A DNA stretch of 64,000 bases from contig NIVC01000867.1 in NCBI GenBank assembly GCA_002269645.1, positions 248,001 to 312,000 of the forward strand. Direction: 5' to 3'. Under the pieces are notes generated by a model, which worked only from the letters and a program-made list of their open reading frames with translations, searched no databases and was not told where the DNA came from. Both the position numbers and the translations under genes were made by a program. The DNA comes from Macrostomum lignano. Taxonomy: Eukaryota. Positions within the stretch are counted from its first letter, which is position 1; each line of letters opens with the position of its first letter. Shown piece by piece: positions 1 to 21,448 of the stretch.

Positions 1-40
1 TGAACCTGCTATGAAAAAAAAATTGCTTTACAGCACCAAA

Positions 41-440
41 ATCAGTGCCTGCAGAGCCTAAATGAGTGTCTGCACAGTCAAAATGAGTGTCTGCACAGTC
101 AAAATGAGGTCTGCACAGTCAAAATGAGTGTCTGCATAGCCTAAATGAGTGTCTGCACAGTCAAAATGAATGTCTGCACAGTCAAAATGAGGTCTGCACA
201 GTCAAAATGAGGTCTGCACAGTCAAAATGAATGTCTGCACAGTCAAAATGAGTGTCTGCACAATCAAAATGAGTGTCTGCACAGTCAAAATGAGTGTCTG
301 CACAGTCAAAATGAGTGTCTGCACAGTCAAAATGAGTGTCTGCACAGTCAAAATGAGTGTCTGCACAGTCAAAATGAGTGTCTGCACAGTCAAAATGAGT
401 GTCTGCACAGTCAAAATGAGTGTCTGCACAGTCAAAATGA
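41..440. repeat. 21-bp minisatellite GTCAAAATGAGTGTCTGCACA
   Basis: Direct inspection; gives the HFDCADT 7-aa periodic ORF. Confidence 0.97.
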
Positions 441-579
441 GAGCTAGCGACAACACAAATTCTCAATATAATGTACATGTACATGTAGCATTTTTTGGCT
501 TTGTCCCCAGCACCATAAAATCCATGGGGACGACTCTGAATTGCTTCGAACGTTGACATTCAAAACGCCACTATTGAAG

Positions 580-3500
580 GCCAGCGAGGAAGAAAACGAC
601 GCCGAGTTCATGACGCCATTTCACTGGGCCTGCCGACAAGCCAGACAAGAGGAGGCCATGCTGATGGTAAAGAAGAATTCGAAACTGCTCGGAAAAGTGG
701 ACGCCCAATTGAGAACTGGGCTGCACTGGGCTGTGCTGGCGAACAGCACTGACCTGGTCAAGGCGCTGCTGCAGTTGAAAACTGAGCCCAACCAGCCAGC
801 TACTGTTCTATCGAAGTGCTTGAACGCTGGAGACTTTCAGGGCAAAAGTCCGCTGCACTACGCCTCAGAAGCTGGTAACTTAAATGTGAGCAGGCAACTG
901 TTTAAAATTTTTGTCATGTACATGCAGATTTGTTATTGCCATCCACCAACAGTCCTTGGTGGGCGCCCCTGTCTCATCGATGGGCCTCTAAATTTTGGTG
1001 GCGCTTCCCTGTCTCTTGTTAGGCGCACCGGTTTCTTTGTTGGCGCCCCCTGTCTCTTTGTGGGCGTCCCTGTCTCTTGGTGGCCCCCTGTCTCTTGGTG
1101 GGCACCCCTGTCTCTTGGTGGGCACCCCTGTCTCTTGGTGGGCACCCCTGTCTCTTGGTGGGCACCCCTGTCTCTTGATGGGCACCCCCTGTCTCTTGGT
1201 GGGCACCCCTGTCTCTTGGTGGGCACCCCTGTCTCTTGATGGGCACCCCCTGTCTCTTGGTGGGCACCCCTGTCTCTTGATGGGCACCCCCTGTCTCTTG
1301 ATGGACACCCCCTGTCTCTTGGTGGCCCCCTGTCTCTTGGTGGGCACCCCCTGTCTCTTGGTGGCCCCCTGTCTCTTGGTGGGCACCCCTGTCTCTTGGT
1401 GGCCCCCTGTCTCTTGATGGACAACCCCTGTCTCTTGGTGGCCCCCTGTCTCTTGGTGGCCCCCTGTCTCTTGGTGGCCCCCTGTCTCTTGGTGGCCCCC
1501 TGTCTCTTGGTGGCCCCCTGTCTCTTGGTGGGCGTCCCTGTCTCTTTATGGGCGTCCCTGTCTCTAAGGTGGGTGCCTCTCAGTCTCTGTGAGCGCTACT
1601 ACCCCTGTCTTAGGCGGGTGGATGCCACGACCAAGAGGAGGCAAACGTTGAACTTCACAAACTGCAAAAGCTTTCGTTCACTAATACATGTACCTACTTA
1701 ATGGGAGCTGAAGTTAGATCGATTGCAAAACTTTTAGTCCCAGCCTAATTTATTTGAAAACAGAGCGAAATGTTTTACAATTTGGACGAATTCGATTGCA
1801 ACTAGGCATATTTTCGTTTTCTTGCGGGCAAAAATCTCGAGCTGTCTTGTTTCTTAGGTCCAGATCAGGGGTCGCTAAGCTGTTTTACTTCCACAATTTG
1901 CCAACCCCTTAGTCTAGAAGTCTTTAGCGAGACACTCGAGTGTCAAGCAGTTCCCACATTGTTGTCAATATCCAATAGCAATGGTCGCTTTCAGAAGTTG
2001 TTTTCAAATTTTGAAGAATGTGTATTATCTGAAACTAAGAAATCAAACTAATTCTTGCTTATCCGTTTAATTTGGCACAGATGTTCAAAGACCTAGTCGA
2101 CTGTGGCGCTAAACTAACGGCAATCGACAACGACTGCAGGACTCCATTGCACTTGGCCGTTAAAATGGGCCACTCGGACTTTGTGAAAGAAAGCTTGGAT
2201 TACCTTGAAATGTTGAAGAAAGAAAGCTCAGATAAAGAAACGAAAAAGCAAATGTTGTTGAAGCAGCACATGTCGATCCAGATTCGGGCGATGGAGCATC
2301 GGGACATCAGTGGCATGACCTGCCTTTTGATTGCAGCAGAGCAGGGACACCCGATGCTATTCGAACATCTTCTAAAATTCAAAGCTGATTTTACTGCCAA
2401 GTAAGCATATATTTTAACTACTCGTACATTTGAAAAGTTTATAAAGTACGTATCACAAGAGTGCTTTTACATGCTTAATGATGCTTTGTCGCTTAGAGAC
2501 AGCATTGGTCGCAACGCTCTGATGCTCAGTGTTGGCGGTGGGCATCGAGACATTGCTAAAAAAATTCTCGACAAAGGCTTGGATGTCAATGCCACTGACG
2601 TCAACCAGGTGAATTTTGTCTATGTGTATGTTTTTTCTGTCTTTGCTTCTGTCTTGGCTTCAAGTTTGATTTCTGTCGTGGTCTTTGTCTTGGTATCTGT
2701 CTTGGATTTGGTGTAGCTGTCTTGTTTTCTGTCTTGGTCTTTGTCTTGGTATCTGTCTTGGATTTGGTGTAGCTGTCTTGTTTTCTGTCTTGGTCTTTGT
2801 CTTGGTATCTGTCTTGGATTTGGTGTAGCTGTCTTGTTTTTTGTCTTTGTCTTTGTCTTGGTATCTGTCTTGGATTTGGTGTAGCTGTCTTGTTTTCTGT
2901 CTTGGTCTTTGTCTTGTTATCTGTCTTGGCTTCAAGTTTGATTTCTGCCTTGGTATATCTGTCTGTTTGTCTGCCTTTCCTGTAATTTTGTTAAAACCAT
3001 TAAAGCCATTTTCCACACGCCAGAACACGGCTCTGCACTATGCCTGCAAGCACCCTGACCCCGTGAGCTGTCTGGACTTTCTCTTGGAGCACGGCGCCAA
3101 GCTGCAGCAGAATGGCATCGAGGAAACGCCACTTGACGTGGCGTTGATGAATCAAAATGAACGGGCTATTCAACTTTTTCTATCTGAGAAGTAGTGAGTT
3201 AAATGTAAAATATTGAGTAAATTCCTCTAAAATGCATTTATTTTTTCACTATCAAAACTTTTCAATTGGAAAACCATTCACAGTTTTGACTTCACGATGT
3301 CCTACAGAAAGGCTGACGGCTACAGTCACATGAAGGACTTCATTAAGCACATGCCAGATGCTGCCATGGTGCGTTCAGTGTTTTTGTGGACTAGTTTCTG
3401 GTCAAGAACTTTACTTTATTGATCTCAGAGTTAGTAGTCTACAGTAAAACTCTTACTAATAGGTTTCGAACAAAAGACTACTGACAGTGACAGTAAATAA

Positions 3501-6416
3501 AAAACTCATCAAATCCATCAAATTTCCCTTTCATGCCACAATCTGCTTGCTTCAAACTCTTCTAACAAAAAGAACCATTTCTAAACTTCAAGACTTCTAC
3601 GCATCCATCATATGGAATGTTTTCACCCCTCTTCTTACTCCTCAACTTCTAAATCCTCACTCCTAATGCTTGAAAAATGAAATTTTCTCATCAATCGTCT
3701 ACTGCTATGCTGGATGTCTGAAGGTTTCGGTTCAAGCACACTGCCTAATGACAATGGTGGTTAAGAATGGCATGAGAGATCGAGAAACTTGACCTCTGTC
3801 TAGGTTGCGTGTTTTCCAGTTCCAGTCCAATGAGACTTGAAGTTGCCACTTTCCAGCTGGTTCTAAACCGGTCTGTTACGAAGCATAGTAGTGAACACGC
3901 TGACTTCCTGGTAAGTTAAAAAAGCTATTAGAAAAGTTAAGCCAGTTAAATTGAAATTCTAGTATTTCCCTTTCTTTCAATCAGGTTGAGTACAACTTTG
4001 ACCACCTGGATCCGGGTCCTGACGAGGCTCCAACGCACAAACATCGCAGCAAGGCTCTGTTGAAAATAGTAGAGTATAAACGCATTGAGTTGCTGAAGCA
4101 TCCGGTTACCACGTCTTTATTGGAAAGCAAAATGCAAGTTTATTTATCATCATAGTATTCATTCATAGTATTTATTTTTTATTATCATCCTTCGTGTATT
4201 GTTATGTTGTTATGCTTGTTATTTTTGCTTCTACGTGTTCGATCTAGTTTAGTTTAACTTTTTCAACCCAGCTTCGCAGATTCAAAATTGATTTCGCTTG
4301 TTAAGCAGATATTTTGCCAGATTTTTTGTGCAGACACGACCCAGTTTTTTGCAATCTAAAGAGTTAAAAAATTCTAAAAGGTTAAAGGATGAAGTCTCCA
4401 TCCAAACTTTATTCAGCAACACAAATTTTGCGATTTAGATTTACAAATGCCAATGGACCTGGGAAAGTTGTGTACAACTGACTTTTAAAAGCCTATCATA
4501 TCACTTCCTAATTGCAGAGGGATTACTGGCTTCATATTCAGTTTGGATATTATGCTGTATCTCCTGTTTCTTAGCTGCCTAACCGCCTTCGTTGTTTTGA
4601 ACATGCCTCCTAAGACGTCGACGCCTTTTACCACGGCAATCTGCTTCAACGACAGTAACAAAAGCAGCTTTGGTTGGACAAACAACTTTTACCGACTCGT
4701 AAGTCAGTAATATATACTGGTCTTCAGATCATACTTAGAATATAAATTTTATAACATTTTTCTAATTTAATTTGAAACGGCACCATCAATAACAGGAGAA
4801 CGCTAAAGAACTGTTTAAATCACGCCTTCCTGTAGCTATCACATTAGGAATTCGGTTGTTTGTCGGCTTTATCAAAACTTTATTCAAGGTAAAAAAACTG
4901 TCTGTTTATTGCGCAAGATTCAAGATTCATTTTTTGCAACTTACCCCTGCACTTTGCAGTTAAATGATTGGAAAAAAATTGTTCATCCTAAGAATTTTCT
5001 TTACGCAACTCTTTACGCGTTAACAATTGCTTTCATCCTACCGATTGGCTCCTGTTCGCATTCCTACAACTCTGCCTTCGGGATGTTCAGCGTAGCCATG
5101 GCCTGGAGTCTACTTTTGTTCATCTTTGAATAGTGAGTCAGTTGATTTTGTCAAATACATTGATTTTTATTTTTGAATACTACTCATAAATGCGATCGTA
5201 ATTGCGCTTTTAGTTTTCCCGTCTGGGGAATCTATCCGGCTATGTTTCAACGAGTGGTGACCTCGCTGCTGAAGGTGCTGCTAATGCATCTCTACTTGTT
5301 CGTTGGCTTCAGCCTGGCCTTCTGCATCGGCATGGGCTCTACCGTATGTCGCCATAGCTAATTTTGTATAATAATACCTGTATTAGAGTATCTAAAAAAA
5401 TCCATTTTATTTGATTCATTGAAGCATTTTTTATATTACTAGCGTGGTTTTGATAATCAATACCTTTTATTAAAACATTTTAGGATATGTTTGAATACTT
5501 CTTCTTATCGCTGTTAAAGACATTCGATATGACTGCAGGCGAGCTGGATTACGTCGAAGTTTTCTTTAAAAAGACTAATAGTTTCTCGGCAGAAATGCGG
5601 GTTGGCCTTCTGCTGTTTTTTATTGTATTTGTCATTATTATGCCGATTTGTCTAGTCAACATGCTGGTGAGTAGTCTCATGCTGTAGTGAGTAGTCTCAT
5701 GCTGTAGTGAGTAGTCTCATGCTGTAGTGAGTAGTCTCATGCTGTAGTGAGTAGTCTCATGCAGTAGTATGTATTCTCATGATGTAGTGAATAGTCTCAT
5801 CCTGTCATGAGTATTCTCATGCTTTAGTGAGTAGTCCTATGCTGATGACTATCAACCGCCTGCTTATAGCTCATTGAGTTCTTTTAACTTCCAGGTCGGT
5901 ATCGCTGTTGGCGACATTGATAAACTAACGAAAGTGGCCAGTCTCAAGATGGAGCACTATCGAGTAAGTTAACACGGATGCATTTGTGAAACAAAACTTT
6001 AAACAGAAAAAAATTTGCTTGTATATGTATTGAACGCTAGCTTTGACACTTGTCTCAAATAAAGGATTGACTTTCGAAATCCCGAATCTTTGCAAAGCTA
6101 TATTGTATCATATTTGCCGTTTCTAATTCATTTGCAGATCAATATAATTTATGATTTGGAGGATTTCCGAAGGAAATTCTGCAAGTACATTTTCGGTTGC
6201 CTGAGCTGCTGCATATGCGCGCACCAGAGGTCGTATTCATTCAAGATGAATTCAACAAACAAAGCAAAGCAGTGCTGTGTCTGTTGTTGTTATGTCACGG
6301 ACTTTTGCACCTGTTTCTACACTTTTAAATGGTTTAAACCTTTTCGAGACCAAAAGCGTTATAGAAAGTGGCTAAATGAATACGGCGGCAAGAGGGACCC
6401 GCTAGCAAAGGACTGA
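580..6416 (+). CDS. TRPA-like ankyrin-repeat cation channel, paralog A (5' part lies upstream of the window)
   Basis: Exons, all phase-consistent: 580-885, 2081-2400, 2497-2608, 3024-3193, 3284-3368, 3857-3910, 3985-4133, 4518-4698, 4796-4888, 4960-5132, 5214-5343, 5484-5666, 5895-5963, 6138-6416. Ankyrin repeats (TPFHWAC, TGLHWAV, SPLHYAS, TPLHLAV, TALHYAC), linker VEYNFDHLDPGP...LLKHPV, six TM segments, pore KTFDMTAGELDY, S6 LVNMLVGIAVGDI. Intron positions and phases match paralog B. Confidence 0.92.
955..1560. repeat. 19-21-bp minisatellite GGGCACCCCTGTCTCTTGGT (intronic)
   Basis: Direct inspection. Confidence 0.97.
2630..2960. repeat. TGTCTT-based compound repeat, about 56-60-bp period (intronic)
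   Basis: Direct inspection. Confidence 0.85.
5661..5840 (+). repeat. 20-bp minisatellite GTGAGTAGTCTCATGCTGTA starting at a splice donor
   Basis: The unit contains the exon end ATGCTG and the donor GTGAGT. Confidence 0.92.
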
Positions 6417-7578
6417 CGACATTGCTAACTTTCTTCGGACTACGCTATAAGGTCAACGTCAATTCAACATAATTTTAAATTCTCAATTAAAAACTCAAGC
6501 GCGCAAACTAAAACAAAAGTATAAGAAGACTATAAACTTCAGGAAGCTGTAAAACTACACACTTATGTTCGACATTTTAACAAAAAACAGCAATTTCTGG
6601 CGCTCGTCAGTAAATTTTAATCTCTAGCTGTTGTACTTTATACTATTAGCGAAATATTTATAGATAGCAAAAGTTTCTGATTTTTGTGAATACGCTCGCA
6701 GTAATTAATTTGTTATTTAATCGTTTAATATAAAGTCATCTCATTAAAAAACATATCATAAAAGACTGTTTCTATCCAAAATTGCTTTGCTGGTACAACA
6801 GCACGAGTTAAAAATAGTGTTATTGTGGTGCTGCGGTTAGCTAAAAACTCTAGATTTAAAATACATCCGTTTTTTGTTTTAGAATTTGTAACTAATCTAA
6901 CCTCTATTTGTACTTTCTAAAGCAAATTTGTCGTTTTTATGTAGCTACGCAATGTTTTTTGTTATTATTTTAATCCCGCTAATGCGTCGTTGAAATTTTT
7001 TTCATAGTCGTTCTTTTCGTTATTTGGAGTTGATATTTCTTATTTTATTCCCCCTATAAAATAATTGTTGCTTTTTCGTTTTAAATGCACAATACCCTAG
7101 CTTACAATATACGAGCCGTTGTGTTGCATCTTATTGTTTTGAATTTTTAAATATTTATTTGAATATTTAAAATATGATTATTTTCCGGCTTTGTACGGAC
7201 GGAAGTGTAACTATAGTCCGGTATATTTAAATACTTAGCGAATGAGGCTAGTAGAGTACTGGTGGTAGAAAGCTACGCCTGCCAAGCCTGGACGATTTGC
7301 TATAGTAAAAGAAATACAGTTCTCATTTTTCTTATATCTTATTATTAAATGAGTACACTTAAAGACTGATATTATAACATACCACTTTTTTAATATTGCC
7401 TAGACTGGTTGATCTACATCCAAGACTGCCACACGCATGAATTAAAACATATGAGTATAATTTCTTGGAAACAGAACCCAAATGAAACCAACTAGCATAC
7501 AGTACGATCGATTTAGAACCCTATGATACTCTTATAATAACTTTACGCACAAAGTTAAACAGCTAAAGCGGATGTCAA

Positions 7579-7740
7579 GGGGGTTGTAGCCTATAATGGT
7601 TAAAAGTGTCGGACTCGCAACTTTAAGGTCGGGGGTTCGATTCCCGATCCCACACGGAGCAGTTTGTGTCCTTGAGCAAGACACTTAAACTCTGCATTGC
7701 TTCAGTTCACCCAGCTGTAAAATGGGTGCCAGAATTAGTT
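7579..7740 (+). mobile_element. tRNA-derived CORE-type SINE, family 1 (3'-truncated)
   Basis: A-box TAGCCTATAATGG, B-box GGTTCGATTCC, then TGTGTCCTTGAGCAAGACACTTAAACTC...CACCCAGCTGTAAAATGGG, which resembles the MIR/CORE domain. Confidence 0.85.
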
Positions 7741-7969
7741 GTCCTTGAATGGAAATAGTTAGAAAAAATTGCTACAAACAATACAATGCATTGGGTGTGC
7801 ACTATAGTAACTATAATATTGATTCGCTTGCAAAATAGCAAGTGGAAGCTATAATCGATTGAAACACCCCGAGTCGGAATATAAAGAGTCTTAAGCCTTT
7901 CATGCTCTGCATACACAGATATAATGGCAGAGTTAGCTACTAACTAGTGTTGCAAGCAGATCCCAGACA

Positions 7970-10253
7970 ATGCAGTCAATGCCAAACGACCAGTCACCAC
8001 AGCAGCGCGACCAGCTGCAGACAGCCTCTGACAATCTTGAACTGGCTATCGAGGCCATTGACAAGCACTTTCTCAATCGGCTTCGTGACAAGTCGAACGT
8101 GGCAGTCGATTCGGGCAGTTCCTCCAGTGCCAAATCCAAATCTGGTGGCAGCAAGAAGGAGAAATCGCTTCTGCCCGTGTACAAGCCCACCTTGGCGCAT
8201 CTGGCCAGGTTTCACAAGCTCCAGTGTCTTTGCGATGGTCTGGAAAAGTTTGCCGAAGTTTTTCGTGAACTGCGTAGAAGGCGTGGCGATGTGCCTGGTC
8301 AGCTGGAGGGACAGGTGAACTCGTTCGGTGGTCAGGCCCAGTCCGTGAGTTGGAGGGACTGGGGAACAGGATGAAGGGTTACTGAGACAGATTGACACTG
8401 AGACAGATTGACACTGAGACAGATTGACACTGAGACAGATTGACACTGAGACAGATTGACACTGAGACAGATTGACACTGAGACAGATTGACACTGAGAC
8501 AGATTGACACTGAGACAGATTGACACTGAGACAGATTGACACTGAGACAGATTGACACTGAGACAGATTGACACTGAGACAGATTGACACTGAGACAGAT
8601 TGACACTGAGACAGATTGACACTGAGACAGATTGACACTGAGACAGATTGACACTGAGACAGATTGACACTGAGACAGATTGACACTGAGACAGATTGAC
8701 ACTGAGACAGATTGACACTGAGACAGATTGACACTGAGACAGATTGACACTGAGACAGATTGACACTGAGACAGATTGACACTGAGACAGATTGACACTG
8801 AGACAGATTGACACTGAGACAGATTGACACTGAGACAGATTGACACTGAGACAGATTGACACTGAGACAGATTGACACTGAGACAGATTGACACTGAGAC
8901 AGATTGACACTGAGACAGATTGACACTGAGACAGATTGACACTGAGACAGATTGACACTGAGACAGATTGACACTGAGACAGATTGACACTGAGACAGAT
9001 TGACACTGAGACAGATTGACACTGAGACAGATTGACACTGAGACAGATTGACACTGAGACAGATTGACACTGAGACAGATTGACACTGAGACAGATTGAC
9101 ACTGAGATAGATTGACACTGAGACAGATTGACACTGAGACAGATTGGCACTGAGACAGATTGACACTGAGACAGATTGACACTGAGACAGATTGACACTG
9201 AGACAGATTGACACTGAGACAGATTGACACTGAGACAGATTGACACTGAGACAGATTGACACTGAGACAGATTGACACTGAGACAGATTGACACTGAGAC
9301 AGATTGACACTGAGACAGATTGACACTGAGACAGATTGACACTGAGACAGATTGACACTGAGACAGATTGACACTGAGACAGATTGACACTGAGACAGAT
9401 TGACACTGAGACAGATTGACACTGAGACAGATTGACACTGAGACAGATTGACACTGAGACAGATTGACACTGAGACAGATTGACACTGAGACAGATTGAC
9501 ACTGAGACAGATTGACACTGAGACAGATTGACACTGAGACAGATTGACACTGAGACAGATTGACACTGAGACAGATTGACACTGAGACAAATTGACACTG
9601 AGACAGATTGACACTGAGACAGATTGACACTGAGACAGATTGACACTGAGACAGATTGACACTGAGATAGATTGACACTGAGACAGATTGACACTGAGAC
9701 AGATTGGCACTGAGACAGATTGACACTGAGACAGATTGACACTGAGACAGATTGACACTGAGACAGATTGACACTGAGACAGATTGACACTGAGACAGAT
9801 TGACACTGAGACAGATTGACACTGAGACAGATTGACACTGAGACAGATTGACACTGAGACAGATTGACACTGAGACAGATTGACACTGAGACAGATTGAC
9901 ACTGGGACAGATTGACACTGAGACAGATTGACAATGGGACAGACAGAAGCGCAGGCACTGATACTGACCAATTTCCACTGTCACCCCAGCTGACGGCTCA
10001 GATCCGAGACCAGTGGGCCACCAAGAAGGCCGCACTTGACGCGGCCTACTGCCTGCAGTATGTGAAGGCCCTGGAGTTCAAAATCAGCGAGCTTCACAAG
10101 CTGTGCTCCAGACTGCTGGACAGCTGCTTCGATTTGTTGAGATCGGCGAAAAGTGCCGGCGTGAGTCGGTTGCCGATCAGTCAGGAGCTGGTGGTGGAGA
10201 TTGCCGAAGGCTTGCCTGAGAAATACACGGCTGAGACTGGATTGGGGGTGTGA
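7970..10253 (+). CDS. Hypothetical helical protein, about 212 aa, two exons; family not recognised
   Basis: Exon 7970-8344 (donor TCC|GTGAGT) joins in phase 0 to exon 9990-10253 (acceptor CCCCAG|CTG). GC-rich codon style like the neighbouring real exons. The intron is a 16-bp array. Start (ATG 7970) and 3' end are uncertain. Confidence 0.65.
8381..9930. repeat. 16-bp satellite GAGACAGATTGACACT, about 97 near-identical copies (intron of the orphan gene)
   Basis: Direct inspection. Confidence 0.98.
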
Positions 10254-10317
10254 GCGGGGTTGAGTGAGTGTGATCATCTGTGAATTCATATGAGTGCATG
10301 TGTGTTAGTTATTGTTA

Positions 10318-10560
10318 CTCATGAGTGAGTTCATGAGTGAGTCCATGAGTGAGTTCATGAGTTTATGAGTGAGTCCATGAGTCCATGAGTTCATGAGTTC
10401 ATGAGTGAGTTCATGAGTTCATGAGTTCATGAGTGAGTTCATGAGTGAGTTCATGAGTTCATGAGTTCATGAGTGAGTTTATAAGTGAGTTCATGGGGGA
10501 GTTCATGAGTGAGTTCATGATTGGGTTCATGAGTGAGTTCATGATTGAGTTCAAGGGTGA
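10318..10560. repeat. 8/12-bp TCATGAGT(GAGT) satellite
   Basis: Same family as 28170-29030, opposite orientation. Confidence 0.9.
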
Positions 10561-11644
10561 GTTTGAGACTGGGTTTCAAAGCGTAGTGGCGAACAAGCCA
10601 AAAACTTATGTTTTTTAGTGTTTGATAGAAGTTGTCAACTAAAAGTAATTTCTTTACTAATACGGAATGAACAATTAACGTTTCGCTCATATTTTCATAA
10701 ATATCATTGTAATTGTTAAATTTAAATTTAAAAATTAGAATTTTCAGAATTTCAAGCCAAGCAAATATGGTTTATCTGAGTTGAAAGTCTGTAAAAATAT
10801 TTTGGTCATAAATAAAGCCCGAATGAAGCCAAGAATGCGCCTAAATATTTTTTTCATTTTTATGAAACGTTGGCAGCATTATGACGCTCTTCTTGTTGTT
10901 GCAATGCAAATCAGCTATATTTAGAATTCAGTGACTCTGCAGGTTCGCTACTTGGATATCAGTCTAACTTATTCGCTTACGTTCCTATAACTACCTCATC
11001 ATCTGCTTAACTGCCTACCCTCCTAACAAATCTACTAAATACCAGCCAACTAACATACCTATATGTACTTGCGAAAGCTGCCGACCCATCTACCTGCTCA
11101 CCAACAGCTACTAATATACATACCCACCTACCTATTTACCAACCAACTCCTTATTTTTCTACATGCACATGGTCTACATGTAGCATGTTCCTAACTACCT
11201 TAGCTATACAACCTATCAACCTACCAAGCCTACCGACAGTAACGTACGAATGTAAAAATAAAAATAATGAAACCGAGTAGTCAGGGCACGACTTCACCCT
11301 CCTAAACAATTGGTTTTAGCCCGTCCAAAATTAGCCATCACTCACCTCGCCCTTGAGTCAGGCGAGTTCTCAGCAGGCTAAGCTTGAAATTGTTGGAAAA
11401 ATGCTTGTTCGCATGAACTCAGCTAGCTCTGAATGCGCACTCTAAAATCTCTCAGAATTCTCTACTGGAGTTTCTTAGTTGCATTCTCTGCACCACTTCA
11501 GATTTGGAGAGTCTAATATTAATAGACGAACTGAAGATTTAACGTACAAGATCTATATTGTTAAATTGTTTTATAAGACGTTCACATTTGCACACCGGCC
11601 CTTTGTGAAGCGATCGGCCCGTAGAGTACCTGGTTTTATCTGTA

Positions 11645-11898
11645 GGCCAACTCAGGCCTACGAAGCCTTTCTACCCGGACCTCGGGTCCTTTGAAACTTT
11701 CCAATAGCAATCCGACCTGCTCAAGGATTGTGTCTCTTCTCAAGTTCTCTTCTCTCCTTTCTCGTCTCATCTTCTGTCGTTTCATTTATCCTCTCATCTC
11801 CTCTCCTTAGTTTTCCTCCCTCCTCTTGTCTTCTCTCTCATCTCCTCTTCACTCTTCTCTCTCCTTTCTTCCCTCATCTGGCCCGTAGCCATGAGCTG
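11645..11898 (+). mobile_element. Unclassified dispersed repeat with an internal CT-rich tract, copy 1
   Basis: GAAGCC...CTCGGGT..TT.AAACT...CAATAGCAATC..CCTGCTCA, CT-rich tract, then CTCATCTGGC...CATGAGCTG; same order in the copy at 49220-48656. Confidence 0.65.
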
Positions 11899-12357
11899 GG
11901 TTATTTATCTAGCGACATACGAGCTAAAAACAAAAAACAGAATTGGCTGTAGAATAGTTTATTTTGGATTAACAAGAGTAATAAAAGATAACCTTTGCAC
12001 AGAGAGTCAGAGAGTTGATACACTCTCAGCACTCAAGAGAGATGGAGAGATAGAGAGAAGATGACTCACTATAAAGTTGCAGTGTTGTTTTGTTGTTCTT
12101 CAGGTCTCCATGGGTAGAAAAACTTAATGGCGGTCGGCGCACAATAGCAGCCCAGAGGCTTTCACAGGGTGAGGTACACAGTGAAATAGCTCATATCGTA
12201 GCCTCAGCCCTTGACAAATAACAAACTCGAGGCTAAAACAGCGAGGCCAAGGTTTGTTCGGGTCGTATAAATAGATGCTTTTCAAAACAGTCTATTTAAA
12301 GGAGAGCACACTTTGACTGCTTGCACAGCATTAAATTGTCTGTCTGCTGCTTGCGCA

Positions 12358-21448
<9,091 letters not shown>

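Noticed and set aside
7579-7650. tRNA genes at 7579, 32350, 37156 and 54204
   Set aside because: Acceptor stems do not close and each continues into a shared SINE body.
7994-10035. 530-654 aa minus-strand ORFs (SVSVSICLSVNLSQCQ repeats)
   Set aside because: Stop-free translation of the 16-bp intronic satellite.
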